This document shows, in pieces, positions 41,803 to 61,969 of a DNA stretch of 64,000 bases. Where the stretch lies: positions 1 to 64,000 of the forward strand of contig CATOCA020000009.1 of the NCBI GenBank assembly GCA_951406725.2. Reading direction: 5' to 3'. This stretch comes from Octopus vulgaris. Taxonomy: Eukaryota. The first letter of the stretch is position 1. Every line of letters starts with the position of its first letter. The position numbers and the translations under genes are program-made. Below the pieces are notes generated by a model, which was not told where the DNA came from, did no database searches, and saw only the letters and a list, made by a program, of their open reading frames with translations.

Positions 41803-41839
41803 GTCCGTGCTGCATCTCAGAAAGTAAAAGTTAGTTCGT

Positions 41840-42430
41840 CATATATATGTACGTATGTATGTGTGTATGTATGCATACATGTGTGTATGTACGTATGCAT
41901 GTACGTACATACGCCTGTGTATGCATGTATGTATGTATGTATGTATGTATGTATGTATGTATGTATGTATGTATATATGTATGTGTGTGTATATGCACGC
42001 ACATACACTCTATAAAACATAAAGCTATAAACCTGTAGCGATGGATGGATGTGGAGTGACCACTCATCACAAAGCTATCAAATTTCAACTTCCTACGGCC
42101 GAAGTTAGAAAGTGATTTACGACGCTTACTCCCAAAACTATACCCTAAAATCTATTATCAGAACTTTATCTCTATATCACAGAACTAATGTTTTACTATT
42201 GTGCGTATGTATGTATGTATGTGCGTATGTATGTATGTATGTATGTATGTATGTATGTATGTATGTATGTATGTATGTGTGTATGTATGTGTGTATGTAC
42301 ATACGTACGCATGTGCGTATGTATGTATACGCGCTCGTATGCATGTGCCCATGTATGTGTGTGCGTACATGTACGTGCGTATGTACGTGTGTATACCCAT
42401 ACGTAGGTATGTATGTATGTTTGTATTCAT
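41840..42430 (+). repeat. Two short (TATG)n tracts
   Basis: Directly visible (41845-41995, 42200-42430). Confidence 0.85.
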
Positions 42431-42597
42431 GTGCTACGTATCTATGTGAGTGTCTAGGAGAATGGGCAGACGTGTCAGTGTGTACATATGTATGTGTATG
42501 TGAACGTATGTCCGTGTACTGGCATGTGTCCGTCCAAGTTGTGTACATAGATGCAGTTCCGGCGGTTGGGGGTGTTTGTCTCCCCTTCGTATATGTA

Positions 42598-42718
42598 TAT
42601 AAGGACACAGGAAAAAAAATGTGTCGAAGCTGTCAGGAGGCGTTCGATGCCTCCTAGGGCTATACAACGGTGGTGTACCCCCTACTGTCACGTTCTTGTT
42701 AGATTGACAGTATACAAC

Positions 42719-42720
<2 letters not shown>
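42598..42720 (+). repeat. Diverged copy of the 37972-38199 inverted-repeat arm, abutting (TA)n
   Basis: ataaggacacagg..aatgtgtc..caggaggcgttcgatgcctcctagggcta..ctgtcacg..ttgacagtatacaacc. Confidence 0.8.
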
Positions 42721-42768
<48 letters not shown>

Positions 42769-43015
42769 CTCATTACTTATTATATTTAATTTAACTTTTT
42801 CATACTTTTTGGTTAGTTATTTAAAAATTTTTAAGTTTCATAATTTAAAAATTTAAAAATATAAATTTAAAAGTTTTAAATTTTAATTTAAATTTAAAAT
42901 TTTATATTTTATATATATATTATATATTATATTACTTATATTTATTTTTTTATTTTTAATGTTTTGGTTTATGTCTATATATATACATATATACATATAT
43001 GTATACATACATATA

Positions 43016-43072
<57 letters not shown>

Positions 43073-43634
43073 ATTTATACATACATGCACACACACAAAT
43101 ATACACACGCACTCATGCAAGTATAGACGAGCAAGGCCCTATGTTTCACGTTGCTCCAGTCCACTCAGCCGTAAAATGTCCACCCTGCCACGGAATAGCC
43201 TTCCAATGAGGGTGAGATGGTGGCTCCCTCTCGCATCCGGAGGAGTGCCAGCATTGGAAAGTCAAAACGACGCCAAGTACATTGTGGCCGAACGATGAAT
43301 ACAAACTTTCGATTTTCCGGTCAGTCACGTGATCACGATCACAGGATGTATATATATATATGCTTGGATATATGTAAATCGATATATGCGTGTCTGCATG
43401 CCTGCAGCAGTTCGATATTGTCTGCAGTGGTTAATTCCTACATCTTAAGCCTTCCATACGTCATAAATTTTCCTCGTCAAGGGAGATAATTCTTAATATA
43501 TAACAATGAGAGTAGTTTCCCTTGACACTAAAACTCGTCTTAGAATTCTGTTGTGTCTGGTGAGAGTCATTTTCTTTTTGTGTCTTATAATTTAACAGAT
43601 TCACCGATAAAATTTCCACTTTTTTCTTATTTTT

Positions 43635-43671
43635 CTAAAATTTTCGTTGCGTCTTGCAACCTTTTCAATAG
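43635..43671 (-). ncRNA. Minimal hammerhead motif with U3-A8 variant core
   Basis: Minus strand: CTA TTGAAAA G GTTGC aagac GCAAC GAAA A TTT TAG. 5-bp stem II and AATT palindrome, but only a 3-bp stem I. Confidence 0.55.
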
Positions 43672-43726
43672 TCTTCACTCTGTCCGTTATTTAAACTGCG
43701 TTTCTTTTTGTTTGCTAGTGCGCATA

Positions 43727-43900
43727 TGGAGGCGCAATGGCCCAGTGGTTAGGGCAGCGGACTCGCGATCGGAGGATCGCGGTTTCGATTCCTAGACCGG
43801 GCGTTGTGTGTGTTTATTGACCGAAAACACCTGAAAGCCCCACGAAGCTCAGGAAACGGACGGTGGAGGCCCCTGTTGTACTCTTTCGCCAAACGGTGGT
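43727..43900 (+). mobile_element. tRNA-headed SINE
   Basis: A-box tggcccagtgg, B-box-like ggtttcgattcc; body shared with 36179-36340. Confidence 0.8.
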
Positions 43901-44175
43901 GCACCAGTATTTTTTATGTATGTGTGTGTGAGCATGTCTTTGTATATGTATGCACCTCTGTCTCTTTGTGTATGCATGCGTGCCGATGTGTGTTATGCAA
44001 CTCTGCACCATGTTTGTATGTATGGATGTGCATCTTTATATGTGTGGATCTGTGTCTCCATCTGTGTCTGTTCTTGTAACCTATGTCTTAGAATATTTTC
44101 TTATCCAGTATAATTGTCTCCGCTCGCTTCAATGCAAATGCATTTGTGTATGTACGTGTGAAAGTGTGAGAATGT

Positions 44176-45311
44176 ATGCATACACATACATACATACATA
44201 TATACATACGTACGTACAACATACATACATACATACGTACGTACATACATACGTACGTACATACATACGTACAACATACATACATACATACATACGTACG
44301 TACGTACGTACGTACATACTTACATACATACATACATCATACATATATACATACGTACATACATACGCACATACATACATACGTACTACCTACGTACATA
44401 AATACATACATACATACATACATACATACATACATACATACATACATACGTACTACCTGCGTACATACATACATACATACGTACATACATACATGCATAC
44501 GTACGTACGTACTACGTACATACATACATACATACATACATACATACATACATACATACAGACAGACAGACAGACATACATACATATATACATACGTACG
44601 TACAACATACATACATACATACGTACGTACATACATACGTACATACATACGTACAACATACATACATACATACGTACGTACGTACGTACGTACGTACGTA
44701 CATACTTACATACATACATACATCATACATATATACATACGTACATACATACGCACATACATACATACGTACTACCTACGTACATAAATACATACATACA
44801 TGCATACATACATACATACATACATACATACATACATACATACATACATACATACGTACTACCTGCGTACATACATACATACATACATACATACGTACAT
44901 ACATACATGCATACGTACGTACGTATTACGTACATACATACATACATCCCATACGTACATACATACATACATGCATGCATACATACATCACATACATACA
45001 TACATACATACATACATACATACATACATACATACATACATCACATGCATACATATATACATCACATACACGCATGCATACATACATACAATCGCATTCA
45101 CAGTGACAGGCATCTGCCCGTGATCGCCTACCGAATTCCTAGCACAGACACACACACACACAGACAGACACACACACACACACACAGACACTCATACATA
45201 CATACACATACATACATCACACACATACATACATACATACATACATACATGCATTCGCATTTACAGTGACAGACATCTGCCGTTGATCGCCTACCGAATT
45301 CCTAGCACACG

Positions 45312-45393
<82 letters not shown>

Positions 45394-45455
45394 CACACAC
45401 ACACTCACGCACACACACATACACGCACACGCTCACTCAAACATACAAACATGCA
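44176..45455 (+). repeat. (CATA)/(CGTA) satellite with ~385-bp internal duplication, then (AC)n tracts
   Basis: 44311-44405 recurs at 44697-44791. A 55-bp unique motif occurs at 45092-45146 and 45255-45309. Confidence 0.9.
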
Positions 45456-45499
45456 CATATATTTATATTTATTGTTTATATTTACTATTTTTGTTGTTG

Positions 45500-45805
45500 C
45501 CGTTGTAGCTGGTACTCCGTCGGTGACGACGACTAGGTTTCCAGTTCATGCAATCCACAGAACAGCCTGCTGCTCGTGAAATTATCGTGCAAGTGGCTGA
45601 GTACTCCACAGACACGTGTACTCTTAACGTAGTTCTCATGGATCTTCAGTTTGACACATAATTTGACAACGCTGGCCCCGTTTGTATTACAGGTACAATT
45701 CATTTTTGTCAGCTGAGTGGAATGGAGCAATGTGAAATAAAGTGATTTCTCTTAGGGACACAACGCGTCACCATGTATCGAACCCTTGACCTTACGATGA
45801 GGTTG
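45500..45805 (-). mobile_element. Probable SINE remnant
   Basis: Reverse complement has ggttcgatac (B-box-like), then ttatttcacattgctccattccactcagctg. The latter is shared with SINE bodies at ~39270 and ~43145. Confidence 0.55.
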
Positions 45806-46039
45806 CTAATGAGAGAGAGAGAGAGAGGAGAAAGAGTGAGAGGGAGAAAGAGTGAGAGAGAGGGAGAGAGTTACTAAACCTGTCCTTAATTTTACTTGAA
45901 GATACTTGGCTGTTATTTCTAGCATAATGTGAGACCACTTAGAGGATAATACTTTACAGATGCTTCTTGACGTGCTCTTCGATTTTGGATGACAAATAAT
46001 GCAGATTCAGGGCCACTTATCCGTTCTTTCGAAGACCAA

Positions 46040-46500
46040 ATGAGCAAAACGATCGCATGCATTTGGCGACTCTATTTGGCGTTTAGGGTCCTGCTTAGCA
46101 GAGCGACTACACACAGGAATGTTCTTGAGTGTCGTCTGGGAAGCCACACGACCCACTTTACGAGACACGGTGCCACACGATGTAGGGGCTGTGCCTTACG
46201 AGGCAGCGATTTTAGTCTTATCCTTCGACACAAGCTATACACTCGAACGATCGACCACGCCTTCCACCGAGGCAACATCGTCTGCAGCAGTTAACCGTGA
46301 CGATTCAGTGGAGGAACAAACTCAATACATTGGCCAAGGAGCAAAGTCAAACGGCGCAGAAGACGGCTGCAACCTTCGGGTGAAGCTCCTTCTAAGAATA
46401 GTTCTTCGAGAAGTACACGCATCAGTCTCCGTCTTTGCAGCCGACCCGAAACTTCGACCTTCTTTCCGCCATGATCAGAGTAATCACCAGCGTCGGCTTG
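46040..46500 (-). mobile_element. GC-rich decayed coding remnant, possibly L1/Tx1 ORF1 5' region
   Basis: GC/CpG content similar to the Tx1 copy at 32771-35089. ATG GCG GAA AGA AGG start followed by a stop-riddled frame. No diagnostic domain seen. Confidence 0.3.
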
Positions 46501-47617
46501 TGTGTGTGTGTGTGTGTGTGCATGTGGGTGTGTGTGCGTGCGTGTGTGTGTACGTACGCCACTACAAGTGTGCACATATATGTATACATTTACTAGTAAA
46601 CGTACGGGTGTGTCTGGTCGCCTGATGGCTGAATCTGCACCCCAGCGTGCTAGACATAAAGCATACGCCAAACAGTCTCTCAAACGACATCTCCCTAGAT
46701 CTTAAAGTAACCGTGATGACAGATCTTTACCGTCATAAACCGTAGGACTGTAAGAGTTTACGACCTACGTGGATCAGGGTGAACGTCGGTGTCTACGTCT
46801 CTGTGAGGATTATGTGCGTGTATTTGTGCCTGTGTACACACCACCCCCCTATTAGCAAGTATAATACCCCTCCCTCCCTTTAAACTTAATGCAGTCTAAT
46901 CCTTCTCTTACAGGTCTCACCCTATCTCTGTTTCTTTCCCAAATACTTTCTCTTGTATATTTTCTTTCCTTTCCAATAGTTTATATCTCTGCATTTACAA
47001 TTCTTTACAATTATTGTTTATGAATAGGATAAGGACAATCGTAGCAAAGTCGGATTCCCTAATGAAGCGGGCAAAGAACATGATTGCCTGAACTAAATAT
47101 TTTTGGTGGGAATTGATGTAACACAATATGATGCGCAGCATCCCACACCCGCAGGGGTCAGTCGCGGGATGGGTGGAAACAATCATCATACAAAATAAAA
47201 ACTAATACCAAATCCTTCTTCTGTTTCATTAATCGATTATTATCTCAATTAACTCTGTGGAATTCCTGAAGTAGATCCAACGGAAATATACCCCAAGTGC
47301 GGATGACACCAGGTAGCCCCAAACTGTGCCAGTGCTTTACTCAACACATCAACGCACTAATTGACATATACTCATTAATCCAATAATTACATATGTATAT
47401 ATATATGTGTGTATGTGCGTATGTATGTATTTATGAATCTATGCATGCATCACCTCGCTACATTTCTTCCTTTGTCTCTCTCTCTCTCTCTCTTCCTCTC
47501 TATCTCCATTTGTTCCCTTCTCTCTCCCTTTCTCCTACACTTACCCTCCTCTCTCTCTTTTTCTCTTTCTACTACCTCATTATATAACACCGCCTAATCC
47601 GGTTTCTTTCTCAAATC

Positions 47618-47677
<60 letters not shown>

Positions 47678-47748
47678 AGAAAGCATATACACCATTCTGC
47701 TTTTATCTCTCCCACGTTCTCTATTTTTGTCTCTCTGTGTCTGTCTCC

Positions 47749-47787
<39 letters not shown>

Positions 47788-47869
47788 ATTTCTGCCTTTA
47801 TCATTCCGCGTCTCTCTTGCTACTCCTCTCGTCGCTTTCTTTCTCCCTAACTTACTGAACAAGTTCTGA

Positions 47870-48725
47870 TCAAGAAGTAGCCGGACTATAACAAGAAAAC
47901 TACAATGCGTACCAATCCGGTATTTCATTTCCTGCGAAGAGTTGTCCCCTTCTCAAGCCACACGTTTCATCCAACGTCCTTTCCATGTAGAACAAATTCG
48001 TGCTGTTTATTTGCCAATTGCTTCCTTTAATTGCTCTCTATCGACATACATCAGTTCCGCAGACTACTTGCCTGAAAAGATATTACACGACAAACTCTCA
48101 GGAATTGTGTCAATGCTACATCATCCACCAACTCATTTCTGGATTTCTTTAGTACCCTTTCGAAAGTTCCCATAAAGCGTTCAGCTTGTCCGTTCGACCT
48201 TGGATGATACGGAGGAATAGTCATATGTTCAATTGAGTACATCTTGCAAATATTCTTATATTAATTGGCCGTAAATTCTGTACCGTTATCGGAGACGACG
48301 GATATACGGAACACCTGACTTAGCAAAACGTTCGTGTAAAAATTCCACTTTACCGTGGAGGTCGTTTCTCTACATTTAAACATTTCTGACCATTTTGTAA
48401 AGTTATCAACCACTATTAGATAATATGATCGGTTTTAACGGTCCTGCGAAATCTGTGCAACCTGGTCCATGGAATATCGGTCTTGGGCCAAGGTTGAAAC
48501 TATATGGCTGGTGATTTCGCTGCAAGAGCATACCCTTTGCAGGATTTTACCAACTTCTCAATATCTAGATACATTTTCAGCCGTAAACATAGCTCCTCAT
48601 AAGCGTTTTCATCCTAGAAATTCTTGGATATCCAGTGTGGAAATCCTTTAACATTTGATTTTGTATTCAGACAGACATTACGGCCCTTTGTGCAATACAT
48701 AAGCACCTTATCACACATCGAATAC
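47870..48725 (-). mobile_element. Ty3/Gypsy integrase region (decayed)
   Basis: MLKDFHTGYPRISRMKTLMRSYV (HH region), PWTRLH, DFAGP, VVDNFTKW, SDNGTEFT, PPYHPRSNGQAERF. Confidence 0.88.
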
Positions 48726-48734
48726 AGTTTCGAA

Positions 48735-49407
48735 ACCTGGGTATCTTGGTGAATTCCTCCTTTTCGCCTTCAGCCCAGTGCGTCCATGCTGCCAACAAAG
48801 CACGCGGAATTCTGTTCTTGATTCGACGGTCATTCGGAATGCTCACAGCAGCCATATTCCTACCACTCTATGTCACACTGGTGAGACCCATATTGGAATA
48901 TGGGATTCAAGCCTCTTCTCCTTATCTCCTCAAAGACATACAGCATCTCGAAAGAGTCCAGAAGCTGGCTACCCGCATGGTTCATGGTCTCAAAAATTTG
49001 TCCTACGAAGAAAGGCTGAGGACGCTCGACCTTTATTCTCTTGAAAAACGCCGCCGCCGTAGTGATCTCATTCTCTCCCACAACATCATAAGCGGAAAGT
49101 GTAACCTCTCGAAGGAGCTGTTCTTCACTCCTGCTCCAGAGCGTCGGCTGCGGGGTCATTCCGAAAAGCTCTACCTGCGACGATTTCATCTCAATCGAAG
49201 GAGAGGGGCTTTCTCCGTCCGGGTTGCGGATACTTGGAACAAGCTGCCAGACGAGACGGTGAAGATGCCGACGACCGCTTTGTTCAAAGCCTCCCTGGAC
49301 CTCAAGTGGCCTGAACTCTTTACATGAACACCACCCTGTACTTAACTCCATGTCCCCCTACATGGCCTTGCTATTTGCTTTTGAGCCAAATTAACTAACT
49401 AACTAAC
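48735..49407 (+). mobile_element. 5'-truncated CR1-clade LINE nested in Gypsy pol
   Basis: Open 193-aa frame with LYVTLVRPILEYG, LERVQKLATRMV, LRGH, WNKLP, FKASLD; (TAAC)n tail at 49392-49407. Confidence 0.92.
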
Positions 49408-50690
49408 GTCCAGCCACATTTTTTCTTGTTTCTTCTGATTTCACTATCTTTTCATTTTTATCATTAACTTGTCCGTCTCTATTTTAATTCTTATTTCTTT
49501 CAATGTGACAGGCAATTCGCGCACAACCTTACAAAATATACTTTTTTAATTTCATTCTCGGCTCTTAACACCGCTATCAGTGTGTCTTCTGACCTCGACA
49601 AACCATCTGCATGTCCCAATTTTTTAGATGGAAAATACTCCATCTTGAAGTCATAATTCAATAGGATCGTTCCGCACTGCTGCAGTCTGTGGGCTGTATG
49701 TGTGGGAATACCCTTTTTTGATCCATAGATTGACAAGAATTGGCAGTGGTCCGTCTGCAGACGGAATCGTCTTCCATGTATAAATTCATGGAACTTCTTT
49801 ACCGCAAATTTCATGGCTGATGTTTCTTTCTCTATTTGACTCTAACTTTTCTCAGTCGGAAATAAGGAACGCAAAGCATGAGCTACAGCTTTCACGATAC
49901 CATCTTCATATTTGTGTAAAATTACAGCTCAAATACCAAATTTTACTAGCATTTCATGCCACTACCATTTCTGAATTCGGGTCAAAACGTGATAAAGACA
50001 ATTCTGACGTTAAGATGCTTTTAACTTGCTTAAAATCTTTTTGGCATTTGTCCGACCTGTTCCACTTAACAAGTTATTCAGCGGTGCTCTCAAATCATGC
50101 ATATACGCTATGTGTACCTGGTTGTAATTTGCGAGCCCCACCCCAACGCTTGCAACGTTGTAATGTTTGTCGGATGAGGCATATTCTATATTGCACTCGC
50201 CTTTGACGAGTCTAGTCTACGTCTATTTTCATCTATAATCTGCCCCAGATATTATATTCTTGGCATAAATGATTCACACTTTCCCTTGCTGAGCTTAGAC
50301 CCATAATCTTTTATCTTTTTGAAGACCTTTTTAACATGCCCAGCATGATTACTCCGAGATTCACATTTTCATGAGTATGTCGTCAAGGTAAGCTATATCG
50401 AAATCCGAACCTGCAAGCATTGTGTCCATAACGTGTTGGGAAATGCCTGGTGCTACGTTTATACCAAACGGAAGAAGTCAATTAAATTTATACAACACTT
50501 TATGGGTATTTATTGTCAAAAATTTTGAACATTCCTCACCAACTTGTACCTGCAAATATGCTTCAGAGAAGTCCAACTTTGAAAAAATTTCCTCCATTCA
50601 ACTTCGCGATATTTCTTCTGGATTTAGCGACGGATAATTACATGGCAACAAAAATTCGTTTAAACCTGTTGAAAAATCAGTGCAAACTCG
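49408..50690 (-). mobile_element. Ty3/Gypsy RT and RNase H region (decayed)
   Basis: IAYLDDIL, KLDFSEAYLQV, FAVKKFHEFIHGRRFRLQTDH, GSKKGIPTHTAHRLQ, GHADGLSR. Confidence 0.88.
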
Positions 50691-50709
50691 TCAGTCCTTT
50701 TAAAATATT

Positions 50710-51030
50710 TTTATTATTATTGCCTTTGCACTGTTTCTAACGCTAGAGATGTTCTACAGTGTCAGCTGTTCACTACTAGTGAACTAAGGTAACACCTCTT
50801 ATTTTTCAAGAACCTTCCGGAATATTCGAGCGATTCCAAGCAGTGCTGTTTTCTGCAAGTGCCCCACCCTTATTGTAGCCTCTATTTGTTCCACGTACTT
50901 CTCAACATTTTAACTCACTGTTCTCAGGGCTCCGACAATTATTGGTACTACTACCACCATTTTCATTGACCATATCTGCTTAACCTCCCAAGCTAACCTG
51001 TCATATATATCACCTTTTCTTCTCTAGATC
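50710..51030 (-). mobile_element. 3' end of a second R4/Dong-like element
   Basis: VVVVPIIVGALRTV..LQKTALLGIARIFRKVLEK*, then a short UTR and a (TAA)n tail at 50710-50721. Confidence 0.8.
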
Positions 51031-51072
51031 GATAGAAAAGTCCATCATCATCATTATTGTCATCATTATTTT

Positions 51073-54470
<3,398 letters not shown>

Positions 54471-54804
54471 CTTTCTGACACTTATCTCAGAGAAACGCAC
54501 TGTATACATTGGTAGATCATTGAGATAAACAAACCAGAATAGTCATTTACAAAGTCACGTGAAAGGGAGGAAAGAAAGAAAGAGGAAAAGAGAAAAGAGA
54601 AAATAAGAAAAGTAAACTGTTGTGGTGAAAGACCTTAACACCCCTGTGTGTTTAAAAGATGGATTCGTCGGGATGTTTATCGTTGACGACGACAGAGGGC
54701 GTTTTGGAGTTTCTGTGAGCAGTAGTAGAAGTAGGTTGTGTGAAGACATTGCCTTACCTCTGCTGCGTTATATCATTTATCCAAACGTTTAAGGATATGA
54801 AAAG

Positions 54805-55160
54805 AATGGCGACGTGGTATTCGAAAGTTGCAAAGGACGTCAAAATTGAAGGAAACATGTTGCTCTCTTGTGCATGAGTATCGACCTGAAACAGGTAAGA
54901 AACAAGAAAAACAAATGTCAAGACCCACTCTACGCTATGGATGCGGAGGTTTACATTTTCAAGGTAACTGTCCTTTTAAAAACCTAAAATGTTTTGAGTG
55001 TAGAAACATCGGACATAAAAGCTCATAATGTAGAGAGAAGCAGAAAGAAAAGTCGAACGAAAAATGTCCTGGAAAGAATATATTGTCAACAAAAATTCTA
55101 AGAGAGGCTCAGGAAAAAAATTTGTGTTCATAAAAATGAATGAAATGAATGTCAAGTTGG
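54805..55160 (+). mobile_element. Ty3/Gypsy gag remnant with two zinc knuckles; PBS-like TGGCGAC at 54808
   Basis: (C)YGCGGLHFQGNC and CFECRNIGHKSS*C. Upstream 54480-54805 may be LTR, but its boundaries are not resolvable. Confidence 0.6.
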
Positions 55161-55622
55161 CGTTATTGAAAAAATTGATTACTGAAAATGGGGGTCTTCA
55201 ACAGTTTATTTAATAAACCTGGAAAATGCTGGACATGAAGTATTCCCTGAATAGAAGACAACAGCTTAAAATATTGCAGCTAAAATAAAATTTGAATGAT
55301 TTTGCAATTACATAAAATATTTAAATAAGCCAAGTCATTCAATACCGATCATCCACCTTTCACCCAAATTATTTCACAATTGCTAAGCGTGACTGTAAAT
55401 AAATTTAAAATTATTTTAATATACGAAAATAAAATGATAACTGCCATAATATTTCGTCATTCATAAACAAACAATATGTATGCATGGATGTATGGATGGC
55501 TGGCTGGCTGTTTGTGTGTTTGTTTGTGTGCTTGTACGTGCGTGTATGTATGTGTTAGTATATTTATTTACGTATGTCTGTACAAGACATACGTAAATAA
55601 ATTGATAGGCTCGCTTTTATAT

Positions 55623-55665
<43 letters not shown>

Positions 55666-55812
55666 ATGCGTGTGTGTTTGTGAGAGAGAGAAAGAGTGTG
55701 AGTTTGTGCTTGTATGTGTATGCGTGTGAAAATGTAACATATATGTAGCATATTATACACACACATATACATTTAGACACCAAATTGTAATATTTATGAA
55801 AATATTGATCTG

Positions 55813-60680
<4,868 letters not shown>

Positions 60681-60858
60681 GGTTGGGAACAGACACAGAC
60701 ACGCATACACATATAGTTATACATACATACACGCACACTTACAAAGACACACTCATACTACGCACACACACACAAACGCTCACACACATATACGCATCAC
60801 CCATATACATAAAAAATATACATATATGTATGTATGTATATATATATGTATATATACA

Positions 60859-60891
<33 letters not shown>

Positions 60892-61124
60892 GTAATAGAA
60901 ATATTAAAATTACTAAGTCTCTATAAAAGAGATTACGGCAGCGTTTACTGGAAATTAATTGTTATCGCCATATTAATATGGCATTCTTATAGATATAAGA
61001 ATAATCGCTGCTGCTGGTCAGCTCCATGAAGCCACCGCCATCAAGATAGCTATTGATACACGATCTGTATCCATTATAACCTTCGAACAAAGGAGGTCAG
61101 CCGCTTCACACTGCCAGTCCGACA

Positions 61125-61166
61125 GCTACAGACGCGTTTCGGGGTATTGCCCCTTGTCAATGTAGC
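61125..61166 (-). ncRNA. Minimal type-I hammerhead ribozyme motif (U3-A8), inverted copy
   Basis: Exact reverse complement of 61504-61545. Confidence 0.82.
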
Positions 61167-61503
61167 GCAGTCAGACCCGCAGGTGTCGCCACTGACGTCT
61201 CTGTTCGAAGGTTTCTATTTACCTAGTTATAATGGATACAGATCGTGTATCAATAGCTATCTTGATGGCGGTGGCCTCATGGAGCTGACCAGCGGCAGCG
61301 ATTATTCTTATATCTATAAGAATGCCATATTAATATGGCGATAACAATTAATTTCCAGTAAACGCTGTCGTAATCTCTTTTATAGAGACTTAGTAATTTT
61401 AATATTTCTATTATTGAAAACAAGTGGATGCATTCCACTGAAACTAGGTAAATAGAAACCTTCGAACAGAGACGTCAGTGGCGACACCTGCGGGTCTGAC
61501 TGC

Positions 61504-61545
61504 GCTACATTGACAAGGGGCAATACCCCGAAACGCGTCTGTAGC
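61504..61545 (+). ncRNA. Minimal type-I hammerhead ribozyme motif (U3-A8)
   Basis: GCTACA TTGACAA GGGG caata CCCC GAAA C GC G TC TGTAGC. 6-bp stem I, 4-bp stem II, palindromic ACGCGT stem III, GUC site (cleavage after 61539). Confidence 0.85.
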
Positions 61546-61721
61546 TGTCGGACTGGCAGTGTGAAGCGGCTGACCTCCCTTGTTCGAAGGTTATAATGGA
61601 TACAGATCGTGTATCAATAGCTATCTTGATGGCGGTGGCCTCATGGAGCTGACCAGCGGCAGCGATTATTCTTATATCTATAAGAATGCCATATTAATAT
61701 GGCGATAACAATTAATTTATA

Positions 61722-61800
<79 letters not shown>

Positions 61801-61819
61801 ATATATATATATATTTATG

Positions 61820-61854
<35 letters not shown>

Positions 61855-61887
61855 TGATCAAAATAAAAACATGATGCGAAGGATTCA

Positions 61888-61965
61888 GCGGTACATATGT
61901 TTCGGGCCTTTATTAGACAGATTTATAACAATGCATAATGTATGTCTGTGGCCTTCTTCAGCCGC
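61888..61965 (-). ncRNA. Type-I hammerhead motif with canonical core and extended stem II
   Basis: Minus strand: GCGG CTGAAGA A GGCC [ACAGA..TCTGT hairpin] GGCC C GAAAC ATAT GTA CCGC; predicted cleavage after 61892. Confidence 0.75.
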
Positions 61966-61969
61966 GCAC

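Larger units (their letters stand above)
60893..61718. mobile_element. Young non-coding retrozyme/Penelope-pLTR-like insertion: inverted copy plus partial tandem of a 364-nt unit, inside (TA)n
   Basis: 60893-61080 = revcomp of 61226-61413; 60952-61228 = revcomp of 61442-61718; 61226-61354 = 61590-61718. Only ~4 mismatches seen. Confidence 0.9.
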
